Of a DNA stretch of 64,000 bases, positions 42,455 to 52,565 are shown in pieces. The notes beneath the pieces are model-generated. The model was not told the origin of the DNA, ran no database searches, and saw only the letters and a list, made by a program, of their open reading frames with translations. Every line of letters starts with the position of its first letter. The first letter of the stretch is position 1. Source of the stretch: an uncultured Alphaproteobacteria bacterium (GTDB taxonomy: Bacteria > Pseudomonadota > Alphaproteobacteria > Rhizobiales > Aestuariivirgaceae); contig CAVZNM010000005.1 in the NCBI GenBank assembly GCA_963776685.1, positions 90,475 to 154,474 of the forward strand, given 5' to 3'. The position numbers were made by a program, and so were the translations under genes.

Positions 42455-42848
42455 TTTACAATTGTCAAACAGCGTTGGGCTTCAGCCATAGCTTCGCCCT
42501 TGGTGGAAGCAGCTATTCTGCTTCCGGGGTTGGTTCCTTCCCTTTTGGCAAAGAGAAGGGTTGCGCGGGCGCTGCCCGACGCGATGTGCCGATCCTGGTG
42601 TCAGGGACCGGCGGAGTGGCGCCTTTGAACCAGCGCCCACGCGCAGCGACTTTCCTCCGGCGGCTAGCTCTTGGAGCTCCGCTCTCGAGGAAGGCAACCC
42701 TAGCCATTTAAGGCGCGTGCCACCTAGTGACACGGGTCTAGCCGGAGGCCCCCGGGGATGATGGCACGTCCTCCACCACCCGCAGGCCTGCCCATCCGCC
42801 CCATCCTTGATCATCGTCATGACCGGGACCCCTTCCGGGATGGACGGG
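42455..42848 (-). ncRNA. Candidate large structured ncRNA or structured leader (about 390 nt)
   Basis: No credible ORF, at least 8 stems with G-U wobbles valid only on the minus strand, an upstream promoter with a LexA box, and a 3' boxA-like motif. Confidence 0.6.
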
Positions 42849-42851
42849 GAA

Positions 42852-42880
42852 TAATTAGAACATAATAGGAACATTGTCAA
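42852..42880 (-). promoter_or_regulatory. Sigma70-type promoter with alphaproteobacterial LexA box in the spacer
   Basis: Minus strand reads TTGACA-atGTTCctattatGTTC-TAATTA (17-nt spacer). GTTC-N7-GTTC lies at 42858-42872. Confidence 0.75.
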
Positions 42881-42910
42881 GAGGAAAAGCGGGTGGCGCG
42901 CAGTCGATAC

Positions 42911-44471
42911 CTAACTGACGCTGTCCGGCAGCTTTTCCTTGCGCTTGGCCATAAAGGCCAGAAGCTGCTCGTCGAGGCCGGGATCGAGCGCGCGGGGCTT
43001 CGTATTCGCGCAGCATCTTCTTCCACTGGTCTCGTTGGCGCGGGCGCGCTGCATCCTTTTCGCCGTCGTCGCGCCACTGCTCGTAGGAATTGTTGTCGGC
43101 GATGCTGCGAGCGCCAGAAGGCGTTCTCGAAATTGGCCTGCGTGTGGGCGCAGCCGAGGAAGTGCGAACCCGGGCCCACTTCGCGGATGGCATCGAGCGC
43201 CTGGCCGTTCTCGGAGAAATCGACGCCCTCGGCGAAGCGCTGGAACATGGTGAGCTGATCGGCGTCGATGATGAATTTCTCATAGCCGGACGACAAGGCC
43301 GCCTTCCAGCCAGCCCGCCGCATGCAGGCAGAAATTGACGCCGCCCAGCAACGTCGGCCACAGCGTATTGGCGCTCTCATGCGCCGCCTGCGCATCGGGA
43401 AGCTTCGAGGCGCACAGGCCGCCGCCCGAGCGGAAGGGAACGCCGAGGCGCCGCGCGAGCTGTGCCGCGCCGAAGAGCACATGCGCGGGCTCCGGCGTGC
43501 CGAAGGTGGGCGCGCCCGACTGCATCGAGATCGAGCTGGCAAAGGTGCCGAACACCACCGGCGCGCCCGGCCGGCAGAGCTGCGCGAAGGCCATGCCGAC
43601 GGAGGCTTCGGCCAGAATCTGGGTCAGCGTGCCGACCACGGTCACCGCCGACATGGCGCCCGACAGGATGAAGGGCGAGATCACCGTCGCCTGATTGGCG
43701 CGGGCATAGACCTTGAGCGCGCCCACCATGGTGCCGTCGAAGACCAGCGGCGAATTGGCGTTGATGAGATTGATCAGCACGCAGTTCTGGTCGACGAAAT
43801 CGTCGCCGAACACCATCTTCGCCATGGCGACCGAATCCTCGGCGCGCTCCGGCGCCGTGACCGAGCCCATGAAGGGCTTGTCGGAATAGCGGATGTGGCT
43901 GTAGACCATGTCGAGATGGCGCTTGGCCACCGGAATGTCGACCGGCTCGCACACCGTGCCGCCCGAATGATGCAAGCGACGGCGACATGTAGGCGAGCTT
44001 CACGAAATTGCGGAAATCCTCGATCGTCGCATAGCGCCGGCCCTCGTCGAGATTGCGGATGAAGGGCGGGCCATAGACCGGCGCGAAGATCGTGTTGTTG
44101 CCGCCGACCGTGACCGAGTGTTGCGGGGTTGCGCGCATACTGCGTGAATTCGCGCGGCGCCGTCTTGATCAGCGAGCGCACCAGGCCCTTGGGAAAGCGC
44201 ACCCGGTCGCCTTTGACATCGGCGCCGGCCTGCCTTCCACATGGCGAGCGCTTCGGCATCGTCGCGGAAATCGATGCCGATCTCCTGCAGCACCGTCTCG
44301 GCATTGTGCTCGATCAGCTCGAGCTGGTCGTCGGAGAAGGGCTCGTAGAGCGGGATCTTGCGGCGGATGAAGCCGGTCTGGTGCAACGACCGTGGAGGTG
44401 CGCGCGGCGCGGCGGGCATCGGCGCCGCCACGGCCGCGGCGGCCGGATGCTGCGGGCTGGACGTCGGTCAT
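42911..44471 (-). CDS. Trimethylamine methyltransferase (MttB/MtgB) family protein (frameshifted)
   Basis: GGTVCEP, NANSPL, SMQSGAPTFGTPE, RSGGGLCASKLPDAQA and HAAGWLEGG motifs. Confidence 0.88.
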
Positions 44472-44578
44472 GGCGTCTCGCTTCTGTTGAGAAAGTCTCA
44501 CCTAGCGCGTGTTCTACGCTCAACAGAAGCGGCGGGCAGGGGAGCGAAACGTCAGCCGGTGGGCGCGGAAACGACGCG

Positions 44579-45792
44579 TCAGAACGCGACCTGCAGCCGC
44601 TCCAGCCCATGGAAATGATAGGTGTCGCGGTAGCGGGGCGGCTCCGCGAGGGCGAGCTTCGGCAGGCGCTGGAACAGGATGGGGAAGCGCCACCTGCAGT
44701 TCCAGCCGGGCCAGCGGCGCGCCGACGCAGAAATGAATGCCGGCGCCGAAGCTCACATGCGGATTGGGCTCGCGGGCGGGATCGAAACGGTCGGGCTCGG
44801 CAAAGCGCGCCGGATCGCGATTGGCGGCGCCCAGCAGCAGGCCGACTTCCTCGCCCTTGCGCGAGGCGGATGCCGGCATAGTCCAGGTCTTCGAGCGCAT
44901 AGCGGGTGAAGAGATGCAGCGGCGCATCGTAGCGCAGCAGTTCCTCGACGTGGCCGTCGCGAGATGTTGTCACGAATGCCGAGCTCGAGCAGCGCCTTCA
45001 CGCCATTGCCGATGGCATGAACCGTCGCCTCATGGCCGGCATTGAGCAGGAGGATCGCGGTGGTGACGAGTTCGTCTTCGGTGAGCTTGTTGCCTTCGCT
45101 CTCGGCGCGGATGAGTTCCGACAGGAGATCGTCGCGCGGCGACTTGCGCCGCTCCTTGACATAGCCGCGCATGAAATCGCTGAACGCGACGGTGGCGGCG
45201 ACCGCCGCATCTTCGACAGCGCGATCGCGCCGCGCCTGATACATGGCCACCATGTCATGCGACCAGGCGAGCAGCTGCGGCGCCATGTCGATCGGGCACG
45301 CCGAGCAGATCGCAGATCACGATGACCGGAATCGGCGTGGCGAATTCCGCCAAGAGATCGGCTTCACCCTTCGTCTCAAATCCGTCGATCAAGCTCATTG
45401 CGCAAGACTCGCGATTGCCGGACGCAAACGCTCCACCTGGCGCGACAGGAAGGCGCGGTTGACGAGGCCGCGCAGCCGCGTGTGGACCGGCGGTTCGAGT
45501 CTCGAGCAGCGAATGCTGCTCGAAGTCGTAGAAGGGCTTGAGATGCGGCGGCGTCTCGGGCCAGCCCAGTTCCTCGCGCGCTCGCCACATGCAGGATCTG
45601 CCGGCCGAAGCGGCGGTCGCGCAGCAGCGCGCTCACGTCCTCGTGGCGCGCGAAACACCAATAGCCATATTGCTCCCATTTGAAGACCGGGAGCCTGTCG
45701 CGGATCGCGTGATAGGCGGGATAGGGATTCTGGTAGAACTGCGGCTCGCGCGGGTCGAGGTCGACGGAACGTGTGTTGGAATCGATCTTCAT
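44579..45792 (-). CDS. Cytochrome P450 (frameshifted)
   Basis: [30 protein letters not shown] and [11 protein letters not shown] (heme Cys) motifs. Confidence 0.9.
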
Positions 45793-45798
45793 GGCGGC

Positions 45799-45805
45799 TA
45801 GCCTA
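45799..45805. promoter_or_regulatory. Overlapping bidirectional -10 elements for two leaderless genes
   Basis: TAGCCT (+) and TAGGCT (-) each lie 7 nt before the divergent ATGs at 45812 and 45792. Confidence 0.45.
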
Positions 45806-45811
45806 GCAAAG

Positions 45812-47020
45812 ATGAAAGCCAGTGAAAGCGCCGTTCGTGCCGAATTCATCGTGCTTGTCGCACTCCTCACCGCCATGGTGGCGATGTCGATCGACGCCAT
45901 GCTGCCGGCGCTCGGCGATATCGCGCGCGATCTGGGGGCGAAGAACCCGAATGACCGCCAGCTCGTGCTCACCATATTCTTCGCCGGAATGACGGTGGGC
46001 ACGCTCATCTACGGTCCGGTCTCCGACAGTTTCGGCCGCAAGCCCACCATATTCGGCGGCCTGGCGATCTTCGCGGCGGGTGCCCTGATCTGCCTGTTCG
46101 CGACGTCGTTCACCGTAATGCTGGCAGGCCGCGCCCTGCAGGGGCTTTGGTGCGGCGGGCCCCCGCGTCGTTTCGCTCGCCATGGTGCGCGATGGACAGT
46201 TCCGGCAATGCCATGGCGCGAATCATGTCCTTCGTCATGTCGGTGTTCATGCTGGTGCCGATCCTGGCGCCTTCGATCGGCCAGCTCGTGCTGCTGGTGG
46301 CAGGCTGGCGCTGATCTTCGTGGGCTTCCTCGCCATGGCGGTGATCGCCGCCGTCTGGCTGGCGCTGCGCCAGGAGGAAACCCTGCCGCGCGAGAGCCGC
46401 CTGCCTTTCTCGGCCGAAAAGCTATCTGGCGGCGGAACAGTCGAAGTTTTGACCACGCCGGTGACGCTTGGCCTACACGCTGGCGGTGGGCGCGATCTTC
46501 GGCGCCTTCATCTGCTATCTCGGCACCTCGCAGCAGATTTTCGCCGATCAGTATGGCCAGGGGAAGCTTGTTCGCCGTCTGGTTCGGCGTGCTGGCCGTG
46601 GCGATTGCCTTCGCCATGATCTTCAACGGCCGGCTGGTCATGCGCTATGGCATGCGCATGCTTTCCAAATGGGCACTGCGGGCTGCATCGTGCTATCGCT
46701 CGGTCTTTCTGGCGTTGTCGCTCGGCTATGCGCGGCCATCCGCCGCTGTGGACGCTCGGCGCTACCTGTTCGCCACCTTCTTCTGCAGCGGCATTCTGTT
46801 CGGCAATTACAACGCCATCGCCATGGAGCCCATGGGCCACATCGCCGGGATGGCCGCGGCGATTTCGGGCTCGCTCTCTTCCCTTGTGGCGCTCGGCATC
46901 GGCACCTGATCGGCCATCACTATGACGGCACGATGATCCCGCTGGTGGCCGGTTTTGCCGGCTGCGGCATCGCCGCCATGTTGCTGACCGAGTGGGTGGA
47001 ATGGGCCAAGGCGGAGGTGA
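45812..47020 (+). CDS. Bcr/CflA-family MFS efflux transporter (frameshifted; end approximate)
   Basis: SIDAMLPAL, YGPVSDSFGRKP, VPILAPSIG and AMEPMGHIAG motifs. Confidence 0.85.
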
Positions 47021-47068
47021 ACAATCCGATCCTTGTCGATGCCGCCCAATTCCTGTTAGGCAGCGCCG

Positions 47069-48332
47069 GTGTCCAAATCGTTATTCAGCCTTCGCCCTTG
47101 CCCGTCACGCGCTGTCGCCCGATCTGCCCTGGCCGCGGGCCTGGCGCTCGCCCGAGCCGAAGAAATCCTATGATGCGGTGATCATCGGCGGCGGCGGCCA
47201 TGGCCTGGCGACCGCCTATTATCTGGCGAAGAACCACGGCATCCGCAATGTCGCGGTGCTGGAGCGCAGCTATATCGGCTCCGGCAATGTCGGGCGCAAC
47301 ACCACGCTCATCCGCTCCAATTACATGATCGACGGCAACACCCAGTTCTTCGAGCATTCGCTGAAGCTCTGGGAAGGCCTCTCGCACGAGCTGAATTTCA
47401 ACTGCATGGTGTCGCAGCGCGGCCAGATCGTGCTGGCCATCAACCCGGTGCAGCTCGATACCTTCGCGCGGCGCGGCAACATCATGCGGCTCAACGGCAT
47501 CGACGCCGAACTGCTCGACCGCGGCGAGGTGATGAAGCTTCTGCCCTATCTCGATTATTCCAGGGAAGCGCGCTGGCCCATCTGGGGCGGCATTCTGCAG
47601 GGCCGCGCCGGCACCGTGCGCCACGACGCGGTGGCCTGGGGCTATGCCCGCGCCGCCGACGGGCACGGCATCGACATCATCGAGAATTGCGAAGTGACAG
47701 GCTTCGTCATGGAGGAGGGCAAGGCGGTGGCGGTCGAGACCTCGCGCGGCCGCATCGATCGCCGGCAAGATCGGCATCGCGGTCGCGGGCCACTCCTCCC
47801 ATGTCGCCAAGATGGCGGGACTGCGACTGCCGGTCGAAAGCCACATCCTGCAGGCCTTCGTCACCGAGCCGGTCAAGCCCATCGTGCATCATGTGGTGTC
47901 CTGGGGGGCGGAGCTCTTCTATCTGTCGCAGTCGGACAAGGGCGGGCTCGTCTTCGGCGGCCATATCGACGGCTTCAACACCTATACCCAGCGCGGCCAG
48001 TTCGCCAAAATCCAGAGCGTCGCCGAATGCGCCGTGTCGCTGATGCCCTTCATGTCGAGGCTGCGCCTGCTGCGCCACTGGGGCGGCATTCAGGACATGA
48101 CGCCCGACGGCAGCCCCTTCATCTGCAGGACGCCGGTTCGGCAATCTCTATCTCAATGGCGGCTGGTGCTATCAGGGCTTCAAGGCGACGCCGGCCTCCG
48201 GCTGGACCTTCGCCCACACCATCGCCCATGACGAAGAGCACGAACTGAACCGCTGCTATCTCGCTCGACCGCTTCGAGAAGGGCGGCGAACTCGACGAAT
48301 ACGGCATCGGCAACTGGACCTACAAGCAATGA
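47069..48332 (+). CDS. soxB: Sarcosine oxidase beta subunit (frameshifted)
   Basis: [25 protein letters not shown] and [10 protein letters not shown] motifs. Confidence 0.9.
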
Positions 48333-48572
48333 GAATTGCCCTGTCCCCATTGCGGTGAGCGCGACTGAGTCGAATTCCGCTATGGCGGCGATGCCACGAA
48401 GCAGCGCCCGGCCCATGGCACCGGCGATCTCAAGGCGTGGCATGATTATTATTTCCTCTTCGACAATCCGAAAGGTCCGCATACGGAATATTGGCAGCAT
48501 GTGCTGGGTTGCCGCCACTGGTTCAGGCTCACGCGCAACACCGCGACCAATGAAGTCGGGGAGGCATCGTGA
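48329..48572 (+). CDS. soxD: Sarcosine oxidase delta subunit (frameshifted)
   Basis: CPHCGER..EF.YGG and [23 protein letters not shown] read manually. Confidence 0.85.
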
Positions 48573-51556
48573 CCGCGTTCCGCCGCCTGGACGAAGGGCG
48601 GCCGCATCGACCGCGCAGCAACCGGTCAACTTCACGCTCGACGGCAAGCGCCATGCGGATTTGCCGGCGACACGCTGGCCTCGGCGCTGCTCGCCGCCAA
48701 TGTCACGACTGGTCGGCGCGCAGCTTCAAATATCACCGGCCGCGCGGGATTGTCTCGCGCCGGCGTCGAGGAACCGAACGGTCTTTTCACGCTTGGCGAA
48801 GGCGGCGAGACCGAGCCCAATATTCCGGGAACCATGGTCGACCTCGTCGAAGGCCTCGTGGCGCGGAGCGCAGAATGCCTGGCCCTCGCCCGACTTCGAT
48901 CTCATGGCGGTCAATTCGCTGGCCGCAGCCCTTCTTCCAGTCGGGCTTCTACTACAAGACCTTCATGGGCCCGACCAAGAGGTGCCTGGATGTTCTACGA
49001 GCCCTTCATCCGCCGCGCCGCAGGCCTGGCGGCGGCGACCTACGAGCAGCGATCCCGACCGCTACGAGACGCGCCCACGAATTCTGCGATGTGCTGGTGG
49101 TGGGCTCCGGCCCCGCCGGACTTGCCGCGGCGCTGACAGCAGGCCGCTCGGGCGCCCGCGTGGTTCTGGTCGAGCAGGATTCGGAGTTCGGCGGCAGCTT
49201 CTCGTCGGAACGGACGAGGCCAATTCGAAGCCTGGCGGAAAGCGCAACGTCGCTGAACTTGAGCATCGCTTGCGCAATGTGAAACTCCGCGCACGGACCA
49301 CGGCGCAGGGTCTCTATGACGACAATCTCGTCGTGCTGCTGCGAGCGCCGCGAACATCTCAACCCCGATCCGGCAAAGGGCGAGGCCGCGCCAGATCGCT
49401 GATCTCGCTCCGTGCAAGGATCAATCGTGTTGGCAACCGGCGCGCTCGAACGGCCGCTGGTGTTCTCCAACAACGACCGGCCGGGCGTCATGCTGGCTTC
49501 CGCCGTGCGCACCTATCTCAACCGCTTCGCGGTTGCGCCGCAGAAGCGTGCGGTGATCGTCACCAACAACGACACGGCCTATCGTGACGGCCTTCGATCT
49601 GGCCGAAGGCGGGCATTGCCGTCACCATTGCCGACCATCGCAAGCGCCATTCCGTCCGATCTCCTCAGCCGGGCGGCGATGCTCGGCATGGCGATGTTTC
49701 CCGGCAACCGGCGTTGCCGATGTGGAAGGGGCAAAGTCGGTGAGCGCGCGTGCAGACTCGCCGGCGCCCATGCCGCTTCCATCGAATGCGATGTGCTCGC
49801 CATGTCGGGCGGCTGGATCGCCGGTCGTGCATCTTAACCTCCCATGGCGGCATCAAGCCCCGCTATGACGAGAAGATCGCCGCCTTCGTGCCCGGCGGCT
49901 TTGCGACAGTCGCATTTCGGCGCCGGCGCCATGATGGGCACCTTCGGTCTCGCCAGGCCGCGATCAAGGACGGCTCGCAAGCGGGCCGCCAAGCGCGCGA
50001 TGCCGGATTTCGGCAAGACAGCCAAAGCCCGTGGCGCCGCCCGAAGGCAAGGACCGCGCCTATTCGATCCTGCCCGTGTGGCTGCCGCCGCTAGCCGGCA
50101 AGGGCAAGGCCTTCGTCGATTTCCAGACCGACGTGACCGTGAAGGATATCAAGACCGCCCATCAGGAAGGCTATCGTCGGTCGAGCATCTGAAGCGCTAC
50201 ACGACGCTGGGCATGGGCACCGATCAGGGCAAGACCTCCAACATCAATGCGATTGCCATCATGGCGGGCTGCGCGATCTGCCGATCATGCAGGCCGGCAC
50301 CACCACCTTCCGCCCGCCCTATACGCGCCGTCGCCATGGGCGCGATCGCCGGCCGCAGCATCGGCCATCACTTCCGCCCTACTCGCCTGTCGCCGCTGCA
50401 TGACTGGCAACAAGGCCAATGGCGCCACCTTCATCGAGGCGGGCCTGTGGCTGCGCGCCTGGTATTACGCCTGGGCCGGACAATCGCCCGAGACCGCCTA
50501 CGTCAGGGAAATGGAACTGGTGCGCAAGGGCGTGGGCCTCGCCGATGTCTCAACGCTCGGCAAGATCGATGTGCAGGGCCCCGATGCGGCGGAGTTTCTC
50601 AACCGCGTCTATGTCAACGGCTTCGCCAAGCTGCCCGTGGGCAAGGCGCGCTACGGCGTGATGCTCAATGATGACGGCGTGGTGCTCGACGACGGCACCA
50701 CCACGCGCTTTCCGACGACTCACTTTATCATGACCACGACCACGGCCCAGGCCGGCGAGGTCATGTCCTGGCTCGAATATCTGCTGCAGATCCATTGGAC
50801 CGATCTGAAAGTCCATGTCACCTCGCTCACCGACGAATGGGCCGGCATGGCGCTGTCGGGCCCGAAATCGCGCGAGGCGCTGCAACTCGCCTTCCCCGAT
50901 GCCGATGTCTCGAACGAAAATCTGCCCTATATGGGCTGCCTCGACATTCTGCATGACGGCGTGCCGGTTCGCCTGCTGCGCCTCTCCTTCTCCGGCGAAC
51001 TGGCCTATGAAGTTCATCTGCCTGCCGACTATGCGCATCGCCCTGTGGGAGCACTTCCTGAAGGCCGGCGGCCCCTCTCGGCATCAAGCCCTACGGCCTC
51101 GAGGCGCTGGCGAGCCTGCGCATCGAGAAGGGCCATGTGGCGGGCCTTGAGCTCGATCACCGCAACACCCTCGATGATCTCGGCCTCGGCAGGATGGCCG
51201 GCAAGGACAAGGCCTATGTCGGCAAGGAACTGCGCTTCCGCGACAACCTGCAGGCGCCGGACCGCTGGAGCCTTGTCGGCATTGAATTGCTGGAAGCCGG
51301 ACAAGAAACTGCGCGGCGGCTCCATCCTGTTTTCGGCAGGCGACGAGATCAAGGGCCATGGCCGCGGCTACATCACGTTCGGTCACCTGGTCGACCGAGC
51401 TTGAACAAGTTCATCGCCCTTGGCCTCTATCAGGGCGGGCTGAAACACGAAGGCGAGGAAATCATCTGCGCCTTTCCCCTGAAGAACGAGCAGGTGCGCG
51501 CCCGCATCGTCTCGCCGCATTTCATCGACCGGGAAGGAGCGCGCCTCCATGCTTGA
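48569..51556 (+). CDS. soxA: Sarcosine oxidase alpha subunit (many frameshifts)
   Basis: [43 protein letters not shown] and SFSGELAYE motifs. Confidence 0.9.
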
Positions 51557-52092
51557 GCGGCGCTCGGCGCTGGCGAGCGTAGCGCCCTATGCAAGCGCTG
51601 TGCTGCAAATCGGCGAAGCGCGCGGCTTTTCGCTCGTCCAGGCGGCAGTTTTCACGAAGGCCGCCGCAGAAGGACATTGCCCATATTACCGGCAAGTTGC
51701 CGGCAAAAGTTGGGATCGCGCTTGAAGGCAATGGCCGCACCTTCATGCGGATCGGCCCAAAGCAGTTCTGGTTCATCGGACCGGCAGAATGACGATCTCG
51801 CTGCGAAGCTCAATGGGCATTGCGATCGGTCACCCCCTGTCGCACAGCCGCACCCGCATCTTTCTCGAGGGCGCGCCCGCTCGCGCATGTTCTCGCCAAG
51901 GGCATTCCGCTCGATTTTCATCCGAGCGTGCTTTCAAGCCGGGCATGTTCGCCATGACCGGCCTCCACCACACGCCGGTGCTGGTCCACTGCGTGAGCCG
52001 ACAACCGCTTCGAACTCTACGCGCTCCGCACCTTCGCCGTCAGCGTCTGGGACTGGCTCACCGATGCGGCGCTGGAGTTTCAGGGCGCTTGA
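51549..52092 (+). CDS. soxG: Sarcosine oxidase gamma subunit (frameshifted)
   Basis: Follows soxA. IGPKQFW, LSHSRTRIFLEG and SVWDWLTDAALEF fragments. Confidence 0.78.
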
Positions 52093-52565
52093 ATCTTGGC
52101 GACATTGGCGACGATTCCGCCCGTCAGCCGCTTGAGATCATCCCACGTCAGTGCGAACACGGCATTGGGCGTTCCCGCGGCGGCCCAGATGCCGTTCAGC
52201 TTCCCGAGGTCCTCATCGAGCAGGATGACCGGCGGCGATGCATGGCCGACCGGCGGCACGCCGCCAATGGTGAAGCCGGTGTTGGCCTTGACGAATTCCG
52301 CGTCCGCCCGTCCCAAGGCTTCGCCGATTACGGCAGCGACTTTCTTCTCGTCGACCCGGTTGGCGCCCGAGGTGACCACCAGCACCGGACGGTTCGAAAC
52401 TGCGGCGCGGAAGATGATCGACTTGGCAATCTGCGCCACGCTGCAGCCAACCGCAGCAGCGGCATCGGCAGCAGTCCGCGTGCTATCATCAAATTCGAGG
52501 ACGGTGAAGGCTGGGCCAAGTACTGTCTGCACGCGCAGGGCGTTCGGATGACTTGCGGGCTTCAT
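52080..52565 (-). CDS. YbaK/EbsC (aminoacyl-tRNA editing domain) protein
   Basis: QIAKSI, TGFTIGGVPPVGH and WAAAGTP motifs. Confidence 0.88.
   Translation of the reverse strand: MKPASHPNALRVQTVLGPAFTVLEFDDSTRTAADAAAAVGCSVAQIAKSIIFRAAVSNRPVLVVTSGANRVDEKKVAAVIGEALGRADAEFVKANTGFTIGGVPPVGHASPPVILLDEDLGKLNGIWAAAGTPNAVFALTWDDLKRLTGGIVANVAKIQAP

Noticed and set aside
42640-42665. GGAGGAAAGTC on the minus strand resembles the RNase P RNA P4 signature
   Set aside because: It continues GCTGCG rather than CGGGC, and no matching 3' ACAGAACCCGGCTTA strand is present, so it is not called rnpB.
42271-42880. ORFs 42271..42711, 42482..42880, 42513..42707 and 42561..42761
   Set aside because: No recognisable motifs or RBS and atypical composition. 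The region is better explained as structured RNA.
42911-44471. Pyrrolysine read-through in the MttB-family gene
   Set aside because: Breaks are frameshifts, not an in-frame TAG at the expected site, and no pyl genes are present.
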